Of a DNA stretch of 33,770 nt, positions 20,879 through 28,164 are shown one piece after another; the first letter of the stretch is position 1, and each line of letters begins with the position of its first letter. Source of the stretch: a virus (lineage: Duplodnaviria > Heunggongvirae > Uroviricota > Caudoviricetes); IMG/VR virus record IMGVR_UViG_2724679140_000008; one strand, written 5' to 3'. Under the pieces are notes generated by a model. It made no database searches and had not been told where the DNA came from. It saw only the letters and a program-made list of their open reading frames with translations. The position numbers and the translations under genes were made by a program.

Positions 20879-21274
20879 CTAACCTCGCATGTCAAAGCCA
20901 GATTTCTGAAAATCTCTGTAGACTTCCGGATTGTTGAAGGCCGGAAATTTGGCTTTATGAGCTGCGGACTTTATCGCTTCGCAATAGGCTTTATCACCGT
21001 TACTGGTAGATATTTTTAACGCCGTGCCATCCTGAGAGAATTCCATATGCAACCTGCATTTTTTCCCTTTCCAGTTATGCGGCTCATCAAGTTTGGCATT
21101 AATTGCAGCTCTGATTCCCCGCGCTTGCGCCCCCCATTCATCCTGATCATCCCAGCGTCCTGAACTGCAACTACCTGTAGCAGTAGTTTTGTGGCAATCT
21201 GAAGGGTGTAAAGGTGTGCATCCCGCAACAAAACCGACCCAAAAAGTCAACATAACGATTTTCTTTAATCCCAC
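20879..21274 (-). CDS. Outer-membrane lipoprotein with TolA C-terminal (domain III)-like domain, paralog 2
   Basis: GTG start after GGAG; signal peptide with lipobox (MGLKKIVMLTFWVGFVAGC, Thr at +2). C-terminal ...KGKKCRLHMEFSQDGTALKISTSNGDKAYCEAIKSAAHKAKFPAFNNPEVYRDFQKSGF aligns with the TolA domain III pattern, including both Cys. Confidence 0.8.
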   Translation of the reverse strand: MGLKKIVMLTFWVGFVAGCTPLHPSDCHKTTATGSCSSGRWDDQDEWGAQARGIRAAINAKLDEPHNWKGKKCRLHMEFSQDGTALKISTSNGDKAYCEAIKSAAHKAKFPAFNNPEVYRDFQKSGFDMRG

Positions 21275-21424
21275 TTCTTGCTCCTCAATCCATTAAAATC
21301 TCAGCAATAGTAGTTGTTACGTCCGCCACTGGCTCAGAGCTGACTATCCGCTAAATTTAGCTCAGTGCCGTAGTTGTGTCAGAACAAACCTAAGCCGAAA
21401 CCGTTTATTACAAAACAATAAATA

Positions 21425-21853
21425 TCAGGGTTTAAAATCCAGCACCCCATTTTGAAATACTTTATATACTTCCGGCGAAGGGGGGGCAGGTATATCAGCA
21501 TTCTTTATCGCATTCATCGCTTCACGACATAAATCGAGGTCTCCACTTTCTCTTTTAACCTCCAGTAGAAGGCCATTCGGGGCCATATGCATTCTCAGTG
21601 TACACTCTTTTCCTGAATACTTACTCGCATCCCCGAACTGTTTTTCGATGGCGCTCTTGATTTGATGGGCATACAGACGGATATCCTCACTAACATCAGA
21701 AGTACGTTCAGATGAACTCACATACTGTGTCTCTATTGCTTTATCGGAGTAATATGATGTACGGTCATGATAATTTGTCGATACAGCATCAGTGCACCCG
21801 ATAATAATCCCACTAATAATCAACGTAAGAATTGATGCGCTACGAAAACCCAT
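21425..21853 (-). CDS. Outer-membrane lipoprotein with TolA C-terminal (domain III)-like domain, paralog 1
   Basis: Signal peptide with lipobox (MGFRSASILTLIISGIIIGC, Thr at +2); GAGGA RBS. C-terminal HQIKSAIEKQFGDASKYSGKECTLRMHMAPNGLLLEVKRESGDLDLCREAMNAIKNADIPAPPSPEVYKVFQNGVLDFKP closely matches the E. coli TolA C-terminus as I recall it (...QIKSAIESKFYDASSYAGKTCTLRIKLAPDGMLLDIKPEGGDPALCQAALAAAKLAKIPKPPSQAVYEVFKNAPLDFKP). Confidence 0.85.
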   Translation of the reverse strand: MGFRSASILTLIISGIIIGCTDAVSTNYHDRTSYYSDKAIETQYVSSSERTSDVSEDIRLYAHQIKSAIEKQFGDASKYSGKECTLRMHMAPNGLLLEVKRESGDLDLCREAMNAIKNADIPAPPSPEVYKVFQNGVLDFKP

Positions 21854-21869
21854 TTTTCCTCACATATGT

Positions 21870-21910
21870 CATATAGTAAAGAATTATATATACCGTTGTT
21901 TTGGACGCTC
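21870..21910 (-). promoter_or_regulatory. Candidate sigma70 promoter for the lipoprotein genes
   Basis: Minus strand reads ...TTTGAGCGTCCAAAACAACGGTATATATAATTC about 20-40 nt upstream of the RBS. Unverified. Confidence 0.3.
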
Positions 21911-22386
21911 AAACAGCGAATCAGATCAAATAAAACGCACATTTGTTAACATTTACACAAAGTCTGCGTGGGATATTCTGAAAGAATATCCATAATGTGG
22001 AGAGAATCTATTGAAGTGCATGGTGCCGGGTGCCTCCCGGTGAATTCAGTACCAGCACCTGAATCCGCGATTATCCCATATACCTACTCGCTGATTGCCC
22101 CTCCGCACAGGGGGATTCACCATGCCAGTTTCTTTTAACAAACTCCCCGCAAACCAGAGAACAGTCAACCGCCTGAATTGTGAAGTATTTAAAAATTTCT
22201 CCCGCTAACTGATACCCGGCTAACAGTCTGGCGTTTTCTTTTTCAGCAACGGGAAAGCAACAACCACCACACCCGCCACCAGCACACTGTCAGCCAGCAC
22301 TGACATTATCCGGCTGCTGCAATGCCATTCACAAAAACAGTAAGCAATCACTTTTTACCGTAACAGGTGATAATCCAGATATGTAT

Positions 22387-22740
22387 CTACCCCAGATGAG
22401 TAATCCGAAGTTCATCCATACCACAGGTCCTGGCTATTCTGTTGTACTCCTGAACAAGAGCAAATAATTCTGAATTAGCAACCATGAACTCATCGCAAAC
22501 CCTCTGTATAGCATCACTATTCAGAATAATAACGTCTCTTCCCGAAAGACGATCAGGAGCACAGAACAAAACTGTCAAACGGCTGAAGGCCTTTGCTCGT
22601 GCTGCATTGACTATATCAATACGCTGCCTAAGGATGAAACACCCCGACGCCTCATCAATATTCACTCTACCCACACCATATGAATGATAAATATTTAATG
22701 CTGAAAAAACCATTAGACCGTATAACAAACACTCAATCAA
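22387..22740 (-). CDS. Hypothetical protein between the tRNAs and the lipoprotein genes
   Basis: ORF-track ORF of 117 aa with a TTG start and no convincing Shine-Dalgarno; internal ATG at about 22713; no recognisable motif. Confidence 0.3.
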   Translation of the reverse strand: MIECLLYGLMVFSALNIYHSYGVGRVNIDEASGCFILRQRIDIVNAARAKAFSRLTVLFCAPDRLSGRDVIILNSDAIQRVCDEFMVANSELFALVQEYNRIARTCGMDELRITHLG

Positions 22741-22850
22741 TACTTAACAGAACTTTTATTTTTGACAAACATATTATGTTTTCAACAATATCCTGAGCCA
22801 GGTATATTCCAGTATAAGGCTCTGCCGGAAGGAATCTGGAAGAATGAATA

Positions 22851-22927
22851 TGGCGCGCTGTACTGGATTCGAACCAGTGACCGATTGCTTAGAAGGCAAT
22901 TGCTCTGTCCGGCTGAGCTAACAACGC
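22851..22927 (-). tRNA. tRNA-Arg (anticodon UCU)
   Basis: Minus-strand sequence GCGTTGTTAGCTCAGCCGGACAGAGCAATTGCCTTCTAAGCAATCGGTCACTGGTTCGAATCCAGTACAGCGCGCCA: 7-bp acceptor stem, anticodon loop CU-UCU-AA, GGTTCGAATCC T-arm, encoded CCA. Coordinates anchored on the spurious ORF 22762..23049. Confidence 0.9.
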
Positions 22928-22940
22928 TGAATACCGATAA

Positions 22941-23020
22941 TGGACCGCCATCGGGGACCCGCCCCCGCACCAACAACCCTGTTATCGTGTCGTCTGCTCT
23001 TCCTGATAAGCTAATGGCGG
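22941..23020 (-). ncRNA. Degenerate tRNA-like element (pseudo-tRNA)
   Basis: Minus strand CCGCCAT-TA-...-CGGGG-GCGGGT-CCCCG-ATGGCGG-T-CCA: perfect 7-bp acceptor stem, U8/A9, a T-arm-like hairpin, discriminator and CCA, but no canonical anticodon arm or T-loop. Confidence 0.3.
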
Positions 23021-23027
23021 TTTGTGA

Positions 23028-23103
23028 TGGTGGCCCTTGCTGGATTTGAACCAGCGACCTGGCGATTATGAGTCGCTCGCTCTCACCACTGAGCTAAAGG
23101 GCC
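23028..23103 (-). tRNA. tRNA with CAU anticodon (Ile2-like, ileX/ileZ type; Met not excluded)
   Basis: Minus-strand sequence GGCCCTTTAGCTCAGTGGTGAGAGCGAGCGACTCATAATCGCCAGGTCGCTGGTTCAAATCCAGCAAGGGCCACCA, which closely resembles E. coli ileX as I recall it. Confidence 0.88.
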
Positions 23104-23139
23104 GGGAGCAGAATAATAACGGTCCGTAATTAATTCCGC

Positions 23140-23166
23140 AATAAAAAACCCGCTCGGCGGCGGGTT
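23140..23166 (-). terminator. Intrinsic terminator downstream of the late promoter (tR'-like)
   Basis: Minus strand AACCCGC-CGCCGA-GCGGGTT followed by TTTTTT, about 60 nt downstream of the candidate promoter. Confidence 0.55.
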
Positions 23167-23206
23167 GTAGAAACTCTTCTAACGTCAGGCATAAAAAGCC
23201 CATCAT

Positions 23207-23246
23207 TATGACGAATTTACCACAGATTCCGGAAAAATCAACCTTG
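23207..23246 (-). promoter_or_regulatory. Candidate late promoter (pR'-like) just downstream of Q
   Basis: Minus strand TTGATT-N17-TAAATT immediately after the Q stop; placement as in lambdoid pR'/qut. Confidence 0.4.
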
Positions 23247-24068
23247 TTACCTAGTTACCTTTTTTAACTGCCGCTCAGCCCATGCTTCTTCAATATCAAA
23301 CCGGGTCACCAGCGCATCATAGAATTTCTTAACTGTTTTTTCCCATGACGCGCGTGTTATCTGGTTTGTCACCTCGCATATAGCATTAAATGCCTCCGTT
23401 GATGGTAGTCTTTCATAGCCACGACCACCACAACGCTGGCAGTCTCTGATAACAGGCATACCACGTTTTACCGACTCTTCACGGTGAATGGCGACACCAC
23501 GCCCACGGCAATCCTTACAGGCGGTGGAAACCTCACCCTTTCCGCCACACTCCGGACAGGCAACTTTTACCACCTCCCTGACTTTTTTCCATTCTTCCCA
23601 GTAAGACGGATACACACCTTTCGTACACTTTGCCCATACCGGCGGCTTACCATCCGGATACTGGACCTTGTTTGTAAAAACTATGCTTTCAATAAATTTT
23701 TCCCCATAGCAACAAGGGCACTGCTTTTTACTCGCTGCGCTGCGGGCATAATCCTCAAAAGCGTACGAAGCCATAATGCGCATCACTACCGGTTTTATTT
23801 CTGCCGGAAGTTTTCTCAACGCCGCCACACGATCGCACCGACTGAGTGCATAATCTGCCAGTAATTCTGTTGCCCGCGCCCTGTCATTCATACTGATGCC
23901 CATTTTCCCCAGGAACGCAGAAAAACCCATCTCAGCCCGATTCTGTGTCATGCCCTGCGCGGCCATCACATCAGTGATACTCAGCGCATCTTTTGACGTT
24001 GAGGCCGATGCATCGGTCAGGCCAGGGGATTTTGGGGAGTAGTATTTCGGTAAATCTTCCAGTTTCAT
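23247..24068 (-). CDS. Late-gene antitermination protein Q
   Basis: 273 aa with Cys-rich zinc-binding clusters (CPCCYGEKF...CPECGGKGE...CKDCRGRG...CQRCGGRG), upstream of a late promoter/terminator pair. Confidence 0.85.
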   Translation of the reverse strand: MKLEDLPKYYSPKSPGLTDASASTSKDALSITDVMAAQGMTQNRAEMGFSAFLGKMGISMNDRARATELLADYALSRCDRVAALRKLPAEIKPVVMRIMASYAFEDYARSAASKKQCPCCYGEKFIESIVFTNKVQYPDGKPPVWAKCTKGVYPSYWEEWKKVREVVKVACPECGGKGEVSTACKDCRGRGVAIHREESVKRGMPVIRDCQRCGGRGYERLPSTEAFNAICEVTNQITRASWEKTVKKFYDALVTRFDIEEAWAERQLKKVTR

Positions 24069-24082
24069 TTTTTGACCTGCTC

Positions 24083-24439
24083 TTAATGCATTATGGGGTA
24101 AATCTTCACCCCCAGACGTCCACCAGATACTGGCTGACCACGAACGATATTGATTTCATCAAACTGCTCATCGTCCATTAACACTCCCGCATGCGTCAGC
24201 GCATCCAGCGGTGCTTTCAGGATATTGTCCAGGTCGCGACGACGCTTATCCGGTGGCTCTGCAATCACCTTTATCGCCAGCCTTCCGGACAGGCTTAATT
24301 TCAGCCGCTGCTGGCGAACAATAAGCGCCACAGCCCGGCGATAACGCTTTCCCTCCTCCGAGATAAAATATGTGCTGCCACGGCGTCGCCAGTAAGTGTT
24401 CACCGTCGGCGGGTAAGGTAAAACCAAATCTATGAGCAT
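24083..24439 (-). CDS. rusA: Holliday-junction resolvase RusA
   Basis: 118 aa; PPTVNTYW...DKRRRDLDNILKAPLDAL... matches the RusA catalytic core (DxxRRDLDN). Confidence 0.9.
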   Translation of the reverse strand: MLIDLVLPYPPTVNTYWRRRGSTYFISEEGKRYRRAVALIVRQQRLKLSLSGRLAIKVIAEPPDKRRRDLDNILKAPLDALTHAGVLMDDEQFDEINIVRGQPVSGGRLGVKIYPIMH

Positions 24440-24451
24440 CAGTCACCTCTT

Positions 24452-25540
24452 TTACCCAAGCACGCCAGTTGCAAAGGCGTGATCAAGAAAACGAAAAATT
24501 AAATCAACCTGAGAACCATGCTTTTCTTCGAACGCCAGAGGATCCGCATGAAGCTCGTTGTGATGCTCCCGACACAGCGGTAGCGTGAAAATATCGTGAG
24601 ATTTTGTCCCCATTCCGCCCTGACCATGACCAATCAGGTGATGGGGATCGTCGGCTGGCTTACCACAACACGCACACGGCTGTGTCTTCACCCAGCGTTT
24701 GTATTTCTCGTTAACCCAGCGGCGACGTTTAGGTCGTTTCATGAAAGATTCCGGAGACTCAGGATCAACGGCAATGCTGACCACCGTCTTTTCCTGTGGT
24801 GGGTTCTGTTGCTGGTGGGCGTGAGGCAGCGGCGCAAGATTTTTTGTGCGCTGTTTCAGTATGCTGGTGGCGGTCTGCTCTCCCGGTACGATGTCGCTTT
24901 CACGGTACATTGAGCGGATTTTTTCCGCACGCAACCCCAGCGAACGACGTAATACCGCTTCCGGTAGCGCGTCCGCCACCTGATTGCAGACCGCCCACCA
25001 GGATAATTCAGCCAGAGATAATTCCCGCTCCTGCGTACCGCTTATTGCGTGACGGATGACGTCAATCACCCATGCTGTCAGATTTTGTTGAGCAAGCAGC
25101 TCCAGTGATTCCGATGTCTGGTCACGCAGTTGGTTGTCGCAGTGCCAGCACAACACCATTGCGCCGGTACCATAACGGTGAATGACTGTTTCAGTGTGAT
25201 GGTAATCGCCATTAGGCCACTGGCAGGATGTAACATGACGTAATAGCCAGTCGGACAATGCGCCAACGCCGCCAGCAGCACGAATCACCCGTTCGTTACT
25301 AAAAAACGGCAGCAATGTTTTGTCTTCCGCCAGCGGCTGGCGAACGGCAGGAACGACTCCGGATGGCAGATTACGCATGCTTTTTGGTTCCGGTTCCACC
25401 AGCACTCGAGGATTATGAAATATCTGTATGGATTCACGGCCCGGCTTAAGGACCACCAGCCCAAGCTCAGGCACCAGAACAGGTCTAAGTAATACCCGCA
25501 CGTTACCTCCAGATCCGTTGCTGGAAAGTGCGGGACGCAC
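24452..25540 (-). CDS. ydfU: YdfU-like DUF968 protein with an HNH-like Cys/His motif
   Basis: 362-aa ORF with a GTG start; C-terminal ...QPCACCGKPADDPHHLIGHGQGG...CREHHNELH. The true start is uncertain because the first 38 nt overlap the upstream ORF. Confidence 0.75.
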   Translation of the reverse strand: MRPALSSNGSGGNVRVLLRPVLVPELGLVVLKPGRESIQIFHNPRVLVEPEPKSMRNLPSGVVPAVRQPLAEDKTLLPFFSNERVIRAAGGVGALSDWLLRHVTSCQWPNGDYHHTETVIHRYGTGAMVLCWHCDNQLRDQTSESLELLAQQNLTAWVIDVIRHAISGTQERELSLAELSWWAVCNQVADALPEAVLRRSLGLRAEKIRSMYRESDIVPGEQTATSILKQRTKNLAPLPHAHQQQNPPQEKTVVSIAVDPESPESFMKRPKRRRWVNEKYKRWVKTQPCACCGKPADDPHHLIGHGQGGMGTKSHDIFTLPLCREHHNELHADPLAFEEKHGSQVDLIFRFLDHAFATGVLG

Positions 25541-25781
25541 GTGGTGGGCGTTCGGAATAAGGCAGCCTGACAGAGATTATCCAGTGCCGATAGTCGAGAC
25601 TGAGAGCTTTCTTAACCTCGAACCCGCGCCTGCGGTAAGAATGAATCAGCCATTCGGCCTGTTCTGCAGTGCATGGAGGGTGCTGGAACCATTCAGACTT
25701 GAATGCGTGAGAATACCGCCCGTGCGTGCAGGCAAGAACGGGCGAATTATCAGAATTGTAATATTTTGCGTTGCGTGCCAT
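25503..25781 (-). CDS. Hypothetical protein
   Basis: ORF-track ORF of 92 aa, Cys/His/Trp-containing, overlapping the 5' end of the DUF968 ORF in another frame. Confidence 0.4.
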   Translation of the reverse strand: MARNAKYYNSDNSPVLACTHGRYSHAFKSEWFQHPPCTAEQAEWLIHSYRRRGFEVKKALSLDYRHWIISVRLPYSERPPRASRTFQQRIWR

Positions 25782-25847
25782 CGGTTTTCTCCGGTGGCAC
25801 GGTGTTACTCAGCGGGAGTTCAGCCCCGCGCAAGATTGTAGATGAGT

Positions 25848-26099
25848 TTATTCTCCTGAAAAAGCAGAAAAGCCAGCTTTTATTCCGATCTCTTTCAATG
25901 CCTGTAATGAAGTGACAAACTCACCTTCGCGCAAGATAAATCCGTCCGTGACCCGAGCATCCACAAAATTAATTAACGCAGCCCCATTCTTTCGCAAACA
26001 CATAATGCGGTAATGACTAACAAGATTTCCATTTTCAACGCACACAGCATAGAGGCCATCTTCACAAAAAATTTTACGCAGTTCTTCGATGTTCATCAT
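25848..26099 (-). CDS. rem: Rem-like small protein
   Basis: 83 aa, located between the DUF968 gene and the hok/relBE locus exactly as rem (83 aa) is in Qin. Assignment is by size and synteny. Confidence 0.55.
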   Translation of the reverse strand: MMNIEELRKIFCEDGLYAVCVENGNLVSHYRIMCLRKNGAALINFVDARVTDGFILREGEFVTSLQALKEIGIKAGFSAFSGE

Positions 26100-26220
26100 C
26101 AGAATCCTTCCGGATAATTAGCTCTCCCCTTTAAGGGACCATCCCTCTTATCCCTGCGCGCTACTTAAGTATTTTTGATTCTATTCCGGCACCGTCCAGA
26201 ACTTCAAACGCGTTGAAAAT

Positions 26221-26246
26221 AAAAACAAAAACCCGCCGAAGCGGGT
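26221..26246 (-). terminator. Intrinsic terminator after the relBE-hok unit
   Basis: Minus strand CCCGCTTCGGCGGG hairpin followed by TTTTTGTTTTTATTTTC. Confidence 0.5.
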
Positions 26247-26315
26247 GAAGTGCGGGTGCGTTGAGGATGCCTGCCACATCAGAGGTGGCGAGGGATTTCT
26301 CCCCCGCCGGGTCTC

Positions 26316-26384
26316 TTACTCCTCAGGTTCGTAAGCTGTGAAGACAGCGACCTCCGTCTGGCCGGTTCGGATTCGTACCTCGCA
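26316..26384 (-). pseudogene. hokD: hokD/relF remnant (3' fragment only)
   Basis: Minus strand encodes CEVRIRTGQTEVAVFTAYEPEE-stop, the Hok-family C-terminus, but the frame is closed by TGA two codons upstream and no frame encodes the TM helix. Confidence 0.6.
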
Positions 26385-26443
26385 GTGTCAACGCAAAGCA
26401 GAAGTGTCACCTTCGGTGCGAAACAGAGATGTCATGCTTTGGT

Positions 26444-26731
26444 TCAGAGAATGCGTTTGACCGCCTCGCTATATACTTCCGAGCGTTCTCTTTTCCCAAC
26501 AGAAATCACGAAAACGACAACTTTCTCGTCTATAACCTGGTATACAAGGCGATAGCCTGAAGACCGGAGCTTAATCTTGTAACAATCAGGCATACCACGG
26601 AGCTTGTTTGCTTCAATCCGGGGTGACTCAAGTACTTCAACCAGCTTCTTTTTCAACTGTTCACGTACCGTCGAGCCCAGCTTTCGCCATTCCTTTAGTG
26701 CCCGCTCGTCAAAATCCAGAAAATACGCCAT
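26444..26731 (-). CDS. relE: RelE mRNA-interferase toxin
   Basis: 95 aa, MAYFLDFDERALKEWRKLGSTVREQLKKKLVEVLESPRIEANKLRGMPDCYKIKLRSSGYRLVYQVIDEKVVVFVISVGKRERSEVYSEAVKRIL, essentially identical to E. coli RelE. Confidence 0.97.
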   Translation of the reverse strand: MAYFLDFDERALKEWRKLGSTVREQLKKKLVEVLESPRIEANKLRGMPDCYKIKLRSSGYRLVYQVIDEKVVVFVISVGKRERSEVYSEAVKRIL

Positions 26732-26970
26732 CAGAGTTCATCCAGCGTCACACGTACTGGCTTAGGATTACGAAGCCGTTCTTTCACTATCTCCACAAGT
26801 TCAGCATCTTCATCACTCAGGAGTGTCTGTTTGAACGGCAAGCGTTCATTGTCAGCGATATACTCGAGCATGAGACGAAGCGCTTCAGAAGGAGTTACAC
26901 CCATTTTTTCAAGCGCGGCGTAAGAACGCGCTTTAAGTTCATCGTCAATACGCAGGTTAATGCTACCCAT
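26731..26970 (-). CDS. relB: RelB antitoxin
   Basis: 79 aa, MGSINLRIDDELKARSYAALEKMGVTPSEALRLMLEYIADNERLPFKQTLLSDEDAELVEIVKERLRNPKPVRVTLDEL; its stop overlaps the relE start. Confidence 0.97.
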   Translation of the reverse strand: MGSINLRIDDELKARSYAALEKMGVTPSEALRLMLEYIADNERLPFKQTLLSDEDAELVEIVKERLRNPKPVRVTLDEL

Positions 26971-26974
26971 GTCT

Positions 26975-27035
26975 TACACCTCTTGTAATTACAAATGTCA
27001 TTACAAGTATCGCACTACAACATGCTTAGGGCAAG
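26975..27035 (-). promoter_or_regulatory. relBE promoter/operator (relO-like inverted repeats)
   Basis: Palindromic TTGTAATTACAA and TGTCATTACAAG elements immediately upstream of relB. Confidence 0.5.
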
Positions 27036-27300
27036 TCACGAAGGAAGTCAGAAAGTAGTCGTAAGAACGGTGATCACTGTCCGCTTTGTGCCAGGAGCAG
27101 CCATTGCTAAGTCCATCCTGTATTGTGCAGGTCAGCTCGCTTTTAAAGAGTCCGGCCATCATCTTACTGGTACAGACACCATATACTTTGTGACGGTCAG
27201 GCTACATATGCACAACTCAACTTATTCATCTATTTTTTGCTTTAGCATGTCAGTGTTGCTTTCTCGTCGGCGGGTGAGCGGTGACCTGACCTGTCGATAA
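26995..27300 (+). CDS. YdfV-like hypothetical ORF
   Basis: 101-aa plus-strand ORF between relB and flxA, the same size and position as ydfV in Qin; it overlaps the relB operator and its coding status is doubtful. Confidence 0.25.
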   Translation: MSLQVSHYNMLRASHEGSQKVVVRTVITVRFVPGAAIAKSILYCAGQLAFKESGHHLTGTDTIYFVTVRLHMHNSTYSSIFCFSMSVLLSRRRVSGDLTCR

Positions 27301-27452
27301 AGGAACGTAGCACGTTTTATGCAACACCCGCATGCGGCAGAAAATTATTGCCGAACGTTTACCCCTGTCAACAAGCTTTACTTTCTGAGGCGCGCCAGCC
27401 CGCGAGGAAAACAATCTGAACATCAAACAATTAATGACACAAGAAATACGAT

Positions 27453-27479
27453 TAAAGATTTTTTTGTGCATGCCGATAG
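27453..27479 (+). promoter_or_regulatory. FliA (sigma28)-type promoter of flxA
   Basis: TAAAGATT-N11-GCCGATAG against the sigma28 consensus TAAAGTTT-N11-GCCGATAA, about 25 nt upstream of the flxA RBS (AAGGAG). Confidence 0.65.
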
Positions 27480-27502
27480 TGCTTTTTTAAAAGGAGAAAT
27501 CT

Positions 27503-27835
27503 ATGTCTGTCACAATTCAGGGAAATACCTCAACCGTTATTTCAAACAACTCCGCCCCGGAAGGAACATCAGAAATAGCCAAAATCACAAGACAAATTCA
27601 GGTGCTGACTGAAAAGCTTGGGAAAATCTCATCGGAAGAGGGGATGACGACACAGCAGAAAAAAGAAATGGCTGCATTGGTACAGAAGCAAATTGAAAGC
27701 CTCAGGGCTCAACTGGAGCAGTTGTTAAGGCAGCAGGCAGAGAAAAAGAATAAAGACGCGACAGTTCAGCCTGATAAAAAAGAAGAGAAAAAAGACGATA
27801 CAAATACCGCTGGCACCATTGATATTTACGTCTAA
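27503..27835 (+). CDS. flxA: FlxA (FliA-regulated prophage protein)
   Basis: 110 aa, MSVTIQGNTSTVISNNSAPEGTSEIAKITRQIQVLTEKLGKISSEEGMTTQQKKEMAALVQKQIESLRAQLEQLLRQQAEKKNKDATVQPDKKEEKKDDTNTAGTIDIYV. Confidence 0.95.
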   Translation: MSVTIQGNTSTVISNNSAPEGTSEIAKITRQIQVLTEKLGKISSEEGMTTQQKKEMAALVQKQIESLRAQLEQLLRQQAEKKNKDATVQPDKKEEKKDDTNTAGTIDIYV

Positions 27836-27849
27836 GTGACAGCCGTATT

Positions 27850-27873
27850 GTGGCCCTCATCGGGCCACTTTTC
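27850..27873 (+). terminator. Intrinsic terminator of flxA
   Basis: GTGGCCC-tcatc-GGGCCAC followed by TTTTC, 15 nt after the flxA stop. Confidence 0.55.
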
Positions 27874-28164
27874 GCCATCAGCCTTTTCTTTAAAGACATA
27901 TTATCTTTGTATCATTTCTGATAGTTAACATTACAAGATATAAGTAATGGACGCACTCCCAATTAGTCTATTTAAATCGCCACGAGTTTAACTGACAACC
28001 CATGATCAATTATGAATTGCAACTATTTCTGTAGTCACTTTTGTGGGGACAGTCCACAAAACTGCCAACTTCCGCTTCTTGCTCTTAGCGGACATTAGCA
28101 TAGGCTATTTACCATAACGCCTCATTACGCGCACCGCCCAGACTGACTCAGCGCGTTTCTGGCA

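Noticed and set aside
22122-22208. Plus-strand ORF of about 28 codons (MPVSFNKLPANQRTV...) preceded by GGGGGA
   Set aside because: Too short and uncorroborated; lies in the moron promoter region on the opposite strand. Mentioned under the 117-aa ORF finding but not called as a feature.
22762-23049. ORFs 22762..23049 (+) and 22782..22976 (-)
   Set aside because: They span the tRNA cluster; the translations are simply read-through of tRNA sequence.
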